64,000 bases of DNA from Phoronis australis (GCA_002633005.1 NMRA01000360.1:251065-315064), one strand, 5' to 3'; positions 42,301 through 57,300 are shown, counted from the first letter of the stretch. The notes: generated by a model not told the origin, from the sequence alone. A program made the numbers and translations.

Positions 42301-45300
42301 TTGCTCAAGCCAAGGGTTTCAACACCGGTTCAGGAGCCGGGCTGTCAAAAGGTGGGTCTGTCCTTGCAATAATTGATAAAGTAGGTGACATCTCACCAGA
42401 CGCAGGCTGGCACTAGCCCTTTAAAAGAATACTAAATGGCGTTTTAGCATATTAATAGGTAGTAACTACAACAAGATGAGGTATATCTTTGGTATAAAAT
42501 AATACTCTCAAGTAATATTTCTCAGCTTTTATAACATTTTAGAAACTTCTAGCACTGTCTACTAATTTGAGTGAGTTAAGTGACTGTTATAGAGAAAGAG
42601 TGTCCATCTTGAACCAAAAGTTCCCCTTACGGCATAAATGAGGAAGGATTTTGGTATGAGGCAGAAGTGCAATCTTGAGTAAAATCGGCAAAACAGGGTT
42701 TGGTATCGTTTTGAAAAATTACTGAAATTATTTCAGAGCAACAAATTGCGCAGGAGCAGGTGTTGGAAATTTTGCCTATGGTGTCGGAAATCAACGCTGT
42801 ATCCGAGGAATTGGACAAACACAAGTCCTTCGAGGTCATCCTGATGTCTGGTGCTGCCAGCGGGGCTGGACACTCTCAGGAGACGAAGTATGTGCTGACC
42901 TGGCGCAGCAATTTGATCTATTCTTGCTATATTTGTGTCAAAAATCTCTGACCTAGCGTACAGTTTAATCAGGTGATGCTGTCAAATTCTTGTTTTTATA
43001 GGCGTACACATACTTTAACATTGTGCATTTGTTGACACTGACACTGTTTCTTTTGTTGTAACCCGAGATTTCTGCATTATCTACATGAATCGGATATTCA
43101 TCTCTTGCAATGCGGTCATTAGTGGATCAAACATTTCCCTTTTCCAGTGGTATTTGAAATATATACCACTGCAGCGCACTGATTTGAAGTTTTAGCATCA
43201 TACTTTGTAGTGACGTGATACTGATGTTGGTTGTATGTGCATTGCGATACTTGTTCAAAAATCTGTTTTACTTGTGGATTCTAAGCTTTATTCAGTCCAC
43301 CAGCTGATTTGTATGCCAAATTGCCTGTGATGTTTCCCACCATATCTTAACACTCCGTCAAAACTACGTCTTTACCCTCAGACTCAGGTATGCAAACATC
43401 TATTTAAAATGATGCATTTTTCAGGGTCATGGTGAAAATGAAAAATCTTCTAAATGGTAATTGCTGGCTGTGGGAGAGAGGCAAGTTCATGAACCGGCGT
43501 TACATGATGCAGGTGGGTGGAACAATTCTCACGTATGCGATCAAAGGTTTTTTGAAGTCAACCAAAATTTTCACTAGCACCACTGGTTGGTTGAAGCAAA
43601 AAGATGAAAATACGGTTGAACTTCGCATAATAGTTCAGTCGACATTGCTAATCATTGTTTGTTTTTATGAACTTAGTTATTTCTGTGCTTCGTGTTTTCA
43701 GTAGCTGATAAGTTGTTGTTGTTGCAAGCTTCATGAAAATGTAACATTATTATGTAAAATCCTGGCCTAACATCTTCTGTAAACCCACTTGCACAAGGTA
43801 ATTCAGGTAATTCAGGTAAAACCCCAGCAATGTCGGTAACAGACTAGAGTTCGGTAAACACCCACTCTTGAATTTTCACCTATGTCGTCTTTGAATTCTC
43901 ATGTCCTCCAGATAACACGTTCCCAGAATGTTAAACCCAAATGGCTATAGTACACGGGTTCAGGCTCACATTCGGTTATGCTCCTGCAGCACAAAATTTT
44001 TCACTTATTTACTTGTCAATGCCCATGTTTTTGCTCTCATCTCATTGCTGACTCCTTTGTTATTTTTTCAATTGCAAATGTTGAAATCACCCAGTATGAT
44101 AACCCAATTGGTTATTGCATGTTTTCCTACCGTTTCCATAGGATCTGTATCAGTCCTTCCTGGATGGTGATGAAGATGTGAAAAACTTGCCCAATGAAAA
44201 GGATCCTTTCTGGGAACCTCCCGACGATGTGTGCATAGGTATGACATAGTTGCGTAGTCTGAATACCAATGAGTACGTTTAGTCTGTCATGTTTGATTTG
44301 ATTTGTTTATAGCCAATTCTGAGATAGAACTGATTCCTCATCTGGGAATGATGTCATCGATCTGTGCTGTATTACCACGCAGAGTTCGCGTTATTGTTTG
44401 GCAGTGGATGGAAAGTGGTTTTTTAGTGTATTGCAACTTTTATGAACAGGAACACTTAGTGTGGCGAGTGTACATGTTTGTAAAAGTTGTAAAAGAATAG
44501 TTCGGATGTACGCCTTCAAACGCTTGTGAAAACCATTTTCCTTGTGCAACCCTATCAAGCAGTATAATACAGTTGTATTGTTAGAAACCAACGTGTTGAT
44601 GTCATGTATGAATTATTAGTCTTGTACACGCCATCTGTTGGTCATGTCATGTGATCTATAATGAAGACTGAAAAGATCCCTGCCCTGAGCAGTAGCTCAG
44701 TGGATTAGAGCATCTACACGGTTAGCAGGAAGTCCTGGATTCATGCCCCCTACTGGCAGTTATAATTTTTTACTTTTCCCTAATATATCTTTGGAGTCCA
44801 TTTATGGAGGTTCATGAATTTTGGCTAATAGCTTTCTATTAGGAGATGATGAAACCTCATTTTCAAACAACTAGGGTATATTTTAAGCCACTTGGAGGCT
44901 ATTTTCATTAATTTTAAGTCTGTTTTTGACATCTGCCTCTTTTTTTGATCAAATCACTCGAAGAGTTACTGTAAAAGTTGGCGTATTATTTGTTCCTTCG
45001 AAGAAAGTCATGGCTGATGGTGGCCGTGGCTCTCCCTAGTGGGCAGTGGCTCAATATCTACTAAATTCTTTGATAGGTGGATCTTAATGATATTTGGTGT
45101 GTGTTGCAATTGAGGGCAGTACAAATGACATGGATTTTGGGACAAATCTGACTACTATGTAATTCCCCCAGTGACAATATCGGTTTTCTTTGTGCTTTGT
45201 GCTGCCAAGTTCCGTGGTGAATGTTCATGAAGTTGGGGATGTGATTATGGAGACGACGACACCTGCAACATTTCAGATGGTTGTGACGTACAATTCCCCC

Positions 45301-48300
45301 ACCCCCCGAGTTGTCTTTTTATGGTTTTTGTGTCTGTTCATCATTACTTGTATTCACCATTTGCCAAACTATTTGAAGAAGTGGCAGGTGTTTTCTTATT
45401 GAGGAGAGCTGATTGTTGATGTGTTTTGTGCCCCCTGGAAGGTATGTTAAATTATTAGCATTGCTCCCTCTGGTGGGATGTTTAACAATGTGATCATTCC
45501 TTTTGTCTGAGCTGTATGTGATGCACGTGGCTGGCGCATATGCTCTATTACGTTTGACTTGTTTTTTGGAAACGCGAATTTAGTAGATGTGCTCTGAAGT
45601 CCTATCGCATGTATTGCTGTTCTGTAGTGTGACCTTTCATATTTTTAGGTACAAGTAGTGTGTTCCTGCAGTCCCTAGCGTATGCCCTTGACTTTGATGA
45701 TCAGCTCACTGTGACGGACTACAAGGGCGAAGAGGAAGGCAAACTAGTGGTTAACGTTACACCGTGCACGCAGAATGGGAAGCCATTGGACGAGGACTTT
45801 TTTGTGGAGGAGCCTTCAGAATTGCTTAATAAACCATATCATTTCAAGGTAAGGCTAAAAACGTTCATTGTGCTTTGTTTGTCCTAAATTTGCACTACGA
45901 TAAAAATTCTCCTGTTTGGGACAGTGGAATATTAATTATTCTGCTTGAGGTCAGAGCTTTTACCAAATTTTAGATATAGGCAATATTAGTCGTCCCAAAT
46001 TCAAGAATGACGATAAATGACAATTGATTATTTATCTCGATATTACACATTATTCAAATGTATAAAAAGGTTGTGTTGGCGGCTTTTTTCGATGATTTTT
46101 TTAACTGCCAAGTCTGTTTTTAGACTCTATTAATGCAGGACATGCATGTGTCCGAAATTCGAGAAATGTAATGAATGCCAAATCTGTGGTGTCTCAATCT
46201 ATAGAATCAAGAAAAGGCTAATTCTGTTTGAATTTTTGAGTCGGACTCCCAAATTTTAAGGAGTGTCCCAATATGGGGACTCACTACCCTACTCTACTTT
46301 GATAAACATCAAATACTTAAAAGGTGCCGTCTTCCTGCATTGTCCACATTTTGGATCTGACAGGTTTACTTTCTTGGTGATCAATTTTAACCCCACCTAC
46401 ATACACACAACACTCTGATTTCTCCTGTTTTAGAAGTTAAAGAAAAAGAAAAGTTTTTGCCCTGCGACTACTTCCATCTTGCAAGCAGTTTATCCCGTTC
46501 AATCCGCTTGCAACATATTCCATGCCTCAATGAATAAGATATATTTATACAGTCAGACTATTCCCATCATTTTTATCTCTGAGTATGTCTTTCTCACAGA
46601 TAAGTATCCGTAATGCTGACATCCACAAAGCCCGATATTCAAAAGGTATCCATATCGCTTACAATGCTGTGCTGGACAAGAAGCCAATTTTTGAAGAGGA
46701 CGTCAAAACCGACACAGTAAAGGGCACTTTGACGCCGGAGTTTAACCATTCGAAGATCGTCTCATTCGCATCTATCGATGAGTCACACCTCGACTTCTTT
46801 GACAGTGGCTCCATCACGTTCCGTATAATGGCAACTCAGGAGGACTCGGTTGGTGATACCAGACTTGCCAAGATGACTACAAAGGTACATTAGAAATGTG
46901 TTGACTTGCAACAAGTCTTTAGAACTGCTGTACAGTTATATATAGAAATGTGTTGACTTGCAACAGGTCTTTAGAACTGCTGTACAGGTGTAGATGAAAA
47001 TGTGTTGACTTGCAACGGGTCTTTACAGTGTTGACATGGAAATGGATGTGAATGTCCTTTTATTTTTTCCTCGGCATCTGGCAAAACTTCATATTAAGAC
47101 CGTATGTGTATTGCTCTTTTGCTAGTAAGGACAATTCCCATCGTATTTCTCTCCCGCACAGGAACCTATTTGAGTTTGGTGAAGATGTCAGATCCAGGAT
47201 ATATCTGATTTTTTGTTGGCTAACTCCTTTGTTACTAGGGGTTTAAAGCCTAACTTCAACGGAATTTTGTTATGTTAGATGTATTGGGCTCACCAGATAG
47301 TCCTAGCAAATCGTCAGTAAAACAAGGAAATGTGAGTTCAATCGTGCAAGTATATGCCTGTCAACTGGTAGTTGAAGCTGCCTTTTCGTGCCATGTTGCG
47401 TCATCACGAGATCCCAATACAAACAACAAAAGGCCGATAACAGTTGTATAGAATAGGGGTCTGAACAGAACACCATTGCGTGCAGGTGTTATTCGCAGCT
47501 GTTTGAAAAATAAGGTGATTCTCGCGGTGATGTAGACAAAAGCAAATCAGTACGTCTAAAAGTTCATTACATTTGGCAATTGACCTATCGCCAGGATTTT
47601 GAGTGACGGCTTAACTGACCATTTAGAACTCATCATTCTTGACACGCCTTCGTTTCCAAGCTGCCATTTTACCCGACAAACAACACGTTGCCGGGTAAAA
47701 CATATTGTTTGTTAGTCAACATTACGCAAGGGGGCGGAGCTTGTGATAGGTCAATTTGTGGTAGTAGTGGGCTCAGAGCAATACGCTTAACGTATTGTAG
47801 GAACCAAATTTACAGGTATTACAGTTCAAGATGTTCAGTCTATTGATTAGAAAAGAATAGCTTCAATTTTTTTTCAGCACGAACAATACCACTTGATCTA
47901 ATCTCATTTTCTCCCCATGATAAAAGCATTCATTCAGCCTCTGTGGTCTGTTTCGTGAAAGTGGCCTAGGACTTAAGGCAAAAATTTGGTCTGACGCTCC
48001 CATTTCACAATTGGTGAATAAAGGTTTTGCCAAGTAGTTATGAGCACTTCACAGTCTAGAAATGATCTACAGAAATTCTATCAGTAACTAGCCGTTACGT
48101 GTATATAGTCAGAGACTGCACTTTTGCTCAAGTGAGATTCAATTATTAGAAATGTAGTTAGGTGGAGCCTAAGAGAAGATGGCTGTCGTAAATTTTAAGT
48201 CTATAAGTTACTTTTCATGAAACAGACCCTGGTGACGTCTTCGGCTGACTATGATAATCTTCGGCTGACTATGATAATTTTTCAGCATTTATGAAACATT

Positions 48301-51300
48301 GTTGAGTCTGTTCTAACTCGCACAGTGTGTCAGAATGATGTTTGGTGTCAGGGGTCTGTTTCTTGAAAAACGACTTAATATTTGGTCTCACGCTCCACGT
48401 CACAATTACTGAATAAAAGTTTAGCTGTGAAATTTTTAGCACATTACAGCCTAGACATAATTTGTGACTAGAAGTTATGGGTGTATTCTCTAGTACTTTG
48501 TACTTATGCTGAGATGAGTTTTTAACTATTTTTCAGAAATTAGATGCGAAAAATTATTTATCACGGCGCTGGTAAATTTATTTTACGATAAATTCCAGAA
48601 GTAATGATTTATATTTTTTTGCATATAATTACTCACATCAATGAATAAAAATGTCCGTCTAACCTTTCTGAAATAATTAGTGGAGAGTAAGATCAAATTT
48701 CTGACCTAAGTTTCAAGTCACTTTTTTATAAAACAAACCCCTGGTTTATGACTTTTTGCAGGAGCTACGAGCCATGGAACACCTGAGCCGACCGACTCTA
48801 ACCCACAAAGCATCAACGTTTGGTCAAGACACCAATCTGAGCGACAGTGCCCAGCTCAAGTCAGAGTACATGGTTTTGAAAAGAAAGTATGAACGTTTGG
48901 AGCAGAAGGAGAGGAGACTTCAGGTTACTATTCAGTTCATGTAGCTTTAAACACAAAGTTGGCGATTGGTCCTCGTTGCATTTAGATTTTTGTGTGGAAG
49001 GTGTTGGGGTGAAATACAAAATCTGGGGCCATATTACATTTCCAAAAGCTGCATCTGAACTAATCAAGGATGAACTGATATAATTTAAAAAACATCCAAG
49101 TATGCTCTGCATGATGTCATTAAAATATGCATTATCAATGTTATATAGCCAACATGGATTCTGAATTCAACAAGAAAGAACGCGATCTGTGAATGACTTT
49201 TTTACTGCTTTACATTATGTTGGTGGAAGCTGTCACTTGGGCGTGGCACAAAATTTCTAGAAATCTAAATTTGTGTGTCCCTGAGGGTACACTTCCTCCA
49301 TAGAAAATACGCCAGTTGATAACATTGGTGTGGAAAGCTTCTTTGTCGCGTGTTTCCAGGGGTGTTGTGCGGCTAGGTTTTGAAAAATAACCTTTGTTGT
49401 TTTATGGAGATGGATGGGGACTCTCGGTGTTTTAAAAGTTTTGCCGGTTTTGTTTGAATTATGTTTTTTGATGAGCACGACCTTTAGCAGGACTACACAG
49501 AATTTGTGTGGTGTCGGAAGTATGTAATACTGTCAGGTAGTCCACAGATATGTGACGTATATGGAGTACAGGACATTTTGGGTGTCAGTTGAAGTTGTAT
49601 TTATTGTAGAGGAAGTGGAGGAAATTTTTAATTAATGTTCAGAAACTAATTGAGTATGCATGGGTCAGTGTGTCTTGAATTCAAAACTGTTTTCTAGGAA
49701 ATGTGCGAATCATGGGGTAGCAAACCGGCCAATGAGCAAGTCTTTGATGACTTCTACCGCCAGGTGTCAGCACTGGCCAAGAGCAGCGGTGTGCGATTGA
49801 AAACGCGTGTTCGAATGTTATCTCAGGTAGTGTTTACACCATCGTTGTCACATGACCATTTTCTGTACTAATACTCCCATACTCCCATGTTGTAGGAAAT
49901 CTGTACACAGTGGGCTGCTAAACCAGCAGACCAAAAGCAGTTTGAGCCCTTCTACAGGGCGATATCTGCAGTCGCTAACAGCACTGGCACCCGTCTCAAA
50001 ACTCGTGTGCACATGCTCAATCAGGTACAAGCCATACGCATGCGTGTGTGTGTATTTGTGTTTGTGTGTATGTGTGTGTGTGTGTGTGCTACAACAAGAG
50101 TTATCTCTTTCTAGTTAGGCCCACGTGGTGTGTCTCTTTCTGATGATTGTGTGATTGAGTCTGTGGTCAAGGTCCAAATGCTGAAAATCAAATAAATGCA
50201 CTTTTTAGACTTACTAATATGGGTCGAGCTAACAAGTACTGTCAAACCATCGTTAGCAAAGTGTTGACGGACCATATTTGAAACGGCTATGATGTGACAA
50301 CAACATTCAAAGGACAAACCTCTTAAACATACAAATTCTAATGCACCCTACCTACTGAATACCCAGTAAACTGTGGGTCTCGAGTTTATAGTTTAGAAAA
50401 GAAACGGTCGGCACCAAAAACCAGGCACGTCACACACATCAGACATTTTTGAAAATTGATGTACATGTCAGTTTATTTGCTAAGCTGAGAGAATACATTT
50501 CCGTGAGCAATATTGCAAACTGATCCACATACCTTGTGGGTTTCTCTTACTCATGGCTTGGAGCACCGCAAGCCCTCGAGTTTGTGAGCAAAAATTAATG
50601 TTTCAAGAGGAACAGGCATTATTTTTTAATGCTGTTAGCACCTTGTTACAATGGTCCGTTTCCTTCTCACAATAAGATACTACATGTATCTGTGCCCGGT
50701 TGCATGAACCAGTCCTAAATAGGGACTCTACTAAGTTCCCAAAATGTATTACTTATTTGTGGGCTTTTGAAAACACTGATTGTCCTTTCTTGTGCTGTTT
50801 TTGCCTCATTACCAAGTCATTTTTTTACTTTGATACAAATCGAGAGTGAACTGTACGCGGAATTCTCAATATTATTGTAAATAAGTAGAGATGTTTTCAT
50901 GCAACACACCTAATTTAAGGACTAAGTCTCTTTAATTAAGGGTTCATATTTAAGTTGTATTATTAGAAAATGTATCATTAGTCAAAAAAGTGCTCATAAT
51001 AAAGATAAAATGATAGGAAAATATAACATCTGTGAGTGAAGAGAGAAACAAATACACATAAGATTTAGGGTACTTAGTTGAGTCCCTATTTGGGACTTAC
51101 TCCTGCAACCAGGCACTGAGACCTACACATTTTGACTTGACCATTGCTTGCTGTCTAGTTGTTAGTTGAAGACTGTGTTTTCACTCTTAAAATTACTTTT
51201 CTGCCATGCTCTCGATATCTTTTAATTTCTATGATCTAAACTCGGCATTTGGCCCTTTATATTCTTGGAAAATGCACAAGGTTTTGTAACACAATGGCGT

Positions 51301-54300
51301 GTCCTGCAAAAAAAGCATTTTGTATCTCCATCATGGAAGTTAAACTTTGCATTCCCGCCATGTTTTTGCAAGTGTTGATACAGTTGTGCAGTGTGTTACG
51401 ACTTCCTCTACCCTCCCCTGCCCTACTGTTTGTTTCATTTTGTCACAATGTCCTGTTTTGTTGAGAAATTGTGACTGCTTGACTGTGCTTCTGCGTGTTA
51501 ATTTCTGTGGAGTGTGAGATCAGACATGTTTAGTACTCAGTGTCTTGGGTATAGTGAGTTGTTAAGGGCATTCCATCTAAGTACTCTGACTTTGTTGAAT
51601 GCCGACCTTTGGACCTTTGTCGGGTCTTGTGTATTGTTTTCAGATGAGCCGTGTTTGGAGTTGAGTGACAAGGAAGAGGTGTCGTCGCAAATACCTCTTT
51701 TGATACGCGCATTTGACAATGGCTTATAAAAGAGGGCAAAATATTTTGTTTGTTGTTTATTCAACAGTAATTGTTGCTCTTATGTCATAGTTTGTTTGAC
51801 TTTCTTGATTTATATTGGATAAGCGTTTCATGCACTTTTGCAATGATTCACAAATTAAAATACATTAAGTATTTATTGTGTATTAAGTAATAGTTTTGTT
51901 TGTTTGGTGAAAGTCTTTTAATTATGTATACATTAAAGCAGTTTGTTATGGATTGGGTTATGTAAAATTTATATTTTTATGCCAGAAGTATCTGATCATC
52001 GCTGATGAAAAGGCATCAGATTCTCACCTGGATCCTGTTCTGTAATCGCTTTATGATAAAATTTTGTTTAGGCTTAGGGGTCTGGTAATCCTTTGGAAAG
52101 GAGGGAATTTTCAAGTAAATGAATGCGAATTGAAGATTGTAACCAAGGTCGTTTACTTGTTTAAGGTTTGCTTATTCAGGGATTACTTATTCAAAGGTTT
52201 ACTTGTGTGGTTTACTCGTTCAGAGGTTAAAGATGCTCTGTCTCATTAAAACCGTGAATAAGTAAATTTGTACCAAGCACCACCTAGTGACTTCCTGGAG
52301 AACTGTGTGTACAAGTATAATCAGGAAGAAATAATTTGTAAATAAATTGCGGTTTTAATGAAAATACTACAACTGATACACTTAAAAACAAGTGTCAGCA
52401 TATAAAAAACCTTGTAATTCCAAATATTATGCAATCATTATTTGATAATAATAAAAACTGTGCCCCGTTTCATTAGGGTAACGATGAAATATTACCATAC
52501 TCATTTACATAAAAATAGTCTCATTTGGCGAGATTGTAATGGTAACTGGTTGTCAGATGGTGTCCGGCACTCTGGAGAACTCGGGGTTGTTTGTAAATTA
52601 GTACTTCATTTGCATATTCACAATTTAATGAGACTATGCATGTTTAACTCATTCAAAGGTTTACTCAGTTCAGCAATTTATTAACTAAGTGGTTTTACTC
52701 AAACAGAGGTTTACTCAATTAGGGATTTGCCCATTCCTGGGTGGGGGAATTACTCACTCAGGGATTACTCATTTAATAGTTTACGCATTTGGAGTTTGCT
52801 CATTTTAGAGGTTACTCATTCAGGGGTTTACTCAATTCAGATTTTACAGGTTTAATCATTTAGGATTTTGCTCATTTATAGGTTTACCCATTCAGGGATT
52901 TACTCTCAGAAATGTCTTATTCAACGGGTCCGTCATTCAGGGGTTTGCTTATTCAGAGGTTTACTCATTTCCGGGCTATCTCATTTCGTACTTCACTCAT
53001 TTGAGGTTCATTAATTCATATGATCACTCATTCACCGTTCATAAAATAAAATAATTGCAAGCGATCTGTCACACATTGTGTCAGATGTGCGCAAGCCGCT
53101 CATGTGGGCCCATTCAGGGTTTACTTGTCCAGGGGTACTCGTTCAGGGATTTGATGTTACCATTGTAATGACAGGGAAGGGTTTCTGGTGAAATTACTCA
53201 CTTATTGAGAGATGTTGAAACTCCCTGAATCCCCCTATCATAGATTGTCCCAATGTCTGTGACCGGGAAGATTGTCTAAGTGTGTGTGTGTGGTTTGACA
53301 TCCACATTTCTTCAGACATGGCATAAACCAACATGACTGTTGACATTTAACATTTTTGTTATTCCTCTTTTGCACAAATCAGTCTAGTGATAGTAGCGAT
53401 AGTGACGAGGACCATGGTGCTTGGGAACCTCGGAGAAAAGTCGATATTCAGAGTTCTGCATTGGCACACTTAAGTCTCGCCGAGAGGATAAGAGTTTCTA
53501 AGGTTTTTAGCAAATTGTTTGGCAAAGATTTTGTAGAAGTTAACTTATTGTTCACGAAGTTTTTTTTTCACTGTGCCTGTCTGTGAGCTCTCCAGGTTCA
53601 TCTTGGATGTCTTAAATTACGAATGGTTTACAAAAATTACAAAAGTCACTGAGTGATCAAGCAGCTATAATTTTGTGGGTTTTTTAAAGATTCTTTAATT
53701 TCTGAGAAAAACAATTTCTCAACTTATCAGCTCGTCATTTTCCCATTTTGTGAAGCATCATTGCTTGCTACCTTACTCACCAAAAAAATCAGACAGGTTT
53801 GTTAGTATTTTTTACTGCAAGTACTTAGATTGTTACCTATTGTTCAACCAACCCAATAATGAAACAAAGTTTCTTAAAGTTGCTGGCTAATAAATGTTAA
53901 AGGTTCTGGACCCCTGCAAATGTGGTGGCTAAAATTCAATTTAAAACAAAGATTTGTATGTTATAAATCGAAATGAATCGTAATCTTTCATTTGGGTACA
54001 AAAAATCCACGTCTGCATTCTCTATCAATAATGGTGGATCAGATTTCTCAGGCGACCCCAATTAATTTTTTCCCCGACTATTGTTAGATATGTGACTTGA
54101 GATTTTTTTGTTCCCTGATCAAAGATTTTGATTCATTCCAATGTATAACATATGAAAAGTTTGGTTTAATTTGACTTTGACGTCTTATTTACAAACTCAG
54201 GTCCATCAATTAGTATTATTTTGTAAATGAATAGACAAAACAAAATTTATTTCCTCCACATTGTGTCATAAATTAAAAGAATCTTTAAGGTAATATTTCT

Positions 54301-57300
54301 GCCATTTTACAATATCTGGGCCATATTTATAAAGAACAAAGAAAGTGTGCTCTCTTGGTTTTTAAATTTTTTGTTCAACTTCCTCAAAATCTCTTATTTT
54401 GTTTGAGCCTTGTGAATTAGATTCTTTCACAGTGGCTTACTTGGTTTGTCGTCTGCAGACATCGTCTGCTCACAGGCAGGCACGTGTTTGCATACTTTTG
54501 CGTGTCTTGGGTGAAGGGTGTATACTTTGCCTGTTGTACTTTTAACTGTGAAGGACTGTGAATTTTAACAAGTGTTGCTTGAAGTGCAATGTGATTAGTT
54601 GGATGCTTGCACCATTCACAAGCTTTATTTTGAACTGATGCCTTTTTTCTCAGTGATACAAAACTAACCATGGCACAAGAACAATAAATCAGTGCAGAAG
54701 CATGGAAAATTCGTCATAAACCTTCACCTTCTTCTATTGGTTTGCTAGTTACGGTAAAATCTCAACAATTCAGGACACAATCTGGCCAACAAGTGAAATT
54801 TTATGTTTTCATTTTCTTAATAAAAGATCAGTAGCACAAAATGAATGCCCAACACCATTTTAAAGGTCTATGTCGTAGCTACTTCCAGACAATGTTTCCA
54901 GTAACTGTGGATATTCAAAACAATATTAGGAGCGCTTGAAAATGAAAGAAAACCAATTTTGGCAATTTTTGTCCGAAATTGGTTATATTTTACCATATGT
55001 ATCCATTGATGGGTTCTGTATGACTATCTTACTTGTAAGATCTCCAACTGCAGCCCATAAGCTCTTCAGTGGAGGCATCTACCAAAATGCATTGCGCTTC
55101 CAATACATTGAAATGTTTGTTCAAACTTTGTCAGTATTGGTCACCGCTAGGCTCATATTATGATTTTGAGTGGGTGTGAACTGTCCTCATCTTTGCGTAT
55201 TTTCAGTCAGTCCTTGCTATTGTAGTTGTAGCCTCTCTGTCATTGTCTGCTTACCTGTGTGTGTGTCTGTCTGTTCTAGACATTTGTTTTATTGATTTTG
55301 TGTGAAGAATAGCAGTTTCCTTCAAGATGACTTTGTCTGTTTGTACTACATTGTTAAATACGTTAACGTGTTTTGATCACTCACTGGCTAACATTTTGTC
55401 TAACTCCCTATGGCAAAATTCTGATTGCTATGTGAAACAGCATTTTTGAAGCTGTTGTTTTGCTGATCAGCTTTTTAGAACTATGGGTTGAAAAGAGAGT
55501 TAGTTGATTGAACTCACCAAGCACTATGTAAATGTTTGTTAACTTTGTAGGTTATACAAGGACAAAAAGCTGTCCGCGAAAGAAGTGAGGACCCAGAAGT
55601 AAGCGTTGCCCAATGTTGTTCTTTTAGACAGCGAAACATGTGTCCTTTTTCGAGACTGCCACAAATGAACATGCGGGGAGAGTCCATCCCAGTTGCGAAA
55701 TCTGTCCGATTCAGCGTTGCTTCAAAATTTCAGCTCAGTCAAACAAACCCTCCGTGCTTGAATCGCTTGCAAAATTGCATAGAGTTTAGAAATTACAATT
55801 CCTTACTTCAATGTCTCACTAACAGAGTGTGCACGCAAGCTGACCATCCTCAGTTGGCAACTGTAATACCCGCGCACAGAGTTGATCCCCTTGTGTTTGC
55901 TTGTGGCTCAAGTTTTTACCCAGTGAATTGATCAGCGTAAGTGGCACATTTCCTATCTTAGGGGCTGGTCTGTGCCATCATGCCCTCTCCAAATGTCTCC
56001 ACCATCGCCATCTCTGCCGCTGTTTCGTCGCTTCTTTTAAATCGATGTCTAATTTTTCAGTCAGGTAAAGAGGACGACACTGTTAGTCTTTACGTTTTTG
56101 GCGAGGAGGAGGACCGACTTGCGCAAGAAGCCCAACAAAACGGGGGTGTTGTTAATTTCGACCAGGTGGCTCCCCACGTTGCATCCAGCGTGCCACATGT
56201 AAGAACTCGATACGTCACAAGTGCCATGGAATTCCCTGTAGTAATCTTTGTCCCGTGCTTTTCGCTTCGTTTGTCCGGTTGTGCTGATTGACTGTATTAT
56301 GTTTTGTTTTAAATGCATGTCTCCTTTTGTTCAAAAGGTGGAGCTTCCCTTTGACCATTGTTGTCAACCAATCACTGTTGCTGACACATACCACTACTAA
56401 ATGCATGTTAGTCATGTATAAAAAACATTTCTGCTTCTTAAGTGATTGATTATGCACAGCGGTGTGTGCTTTCTTTTTTGTGGGGGGACAGTTTCTTCAA
56501 GCCTACACTATGAGAACTGATGCACTGTCAACCTCTAAGGAATATCACATTATTAGATATTAAATTCCCAAGCTATTTTTAAAAAAATCTCAATTTTGTG
56601 GGAGGTTGTTTTAGATTTTTTATGTTGGGGTAAGGCTGCTTGGTCCACTTGATGCACTATGTGATTGGAATGGAACAGAACGGTTTGTCTGGTCCAGCTT
56701 GATCAGTTGCGCTGCATGTGATTTACTGAGTTTTGAAGTGGGCAAATTTTACTTGAACTACCTTGCTTTCTGCAGTGGCTTTAGTTTGTATTCTCATAAA
56801 AGTCCTATCGTTTTTTTGTTCTCAAGTGGCAGTAGGTAAGAGGTTGTGTTGGCAAGTCAGTGGGGTTTGACTTTAACCCAGCCTTAGGGCTTGCCTCCCT
56901 GACCTCAGTTTTCCTGTGTTCATGCCTTGTTCTTGTATTTGTATGTTTTCGTTAAAATTTCTGGTGTTTTGATCGGACCAGATATTCAAGATGTGTTTTA
57001 TTTGTTGACAAATCTACTGTTATCTTCATGTTTTTGTGAAATTATTTCAAACATCTTGATTTTCATTTACTTGATTCTTGAAATCTTGTTTTTTTCTTAT
57101 GGTGCGTTTATCACAGCTCAGCCTCACAAACGAATTTCACGCTTTTGGCTTCATCCTCAAAGGTTTGGGGTTGCTTTTTGCATTTAGCTATTGCCGACTA
57201 ACGACTGCTTCAAAGCATGAGATTGCAGCCACTGCACTCTGGTCCTCTCATAACCATAGCACTCGCGGACCTCTGGTAACCATAGCACTCACGGACCTCT

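Noticed and set aside
43382-43387. Possible 6-nt in-frame microexon (cag|ACTCAG|gtatgc) before exon 19
   Set aside because: The downstream intron would be only 37 nt, too short for normal splicing, and the exon is not needed for frame
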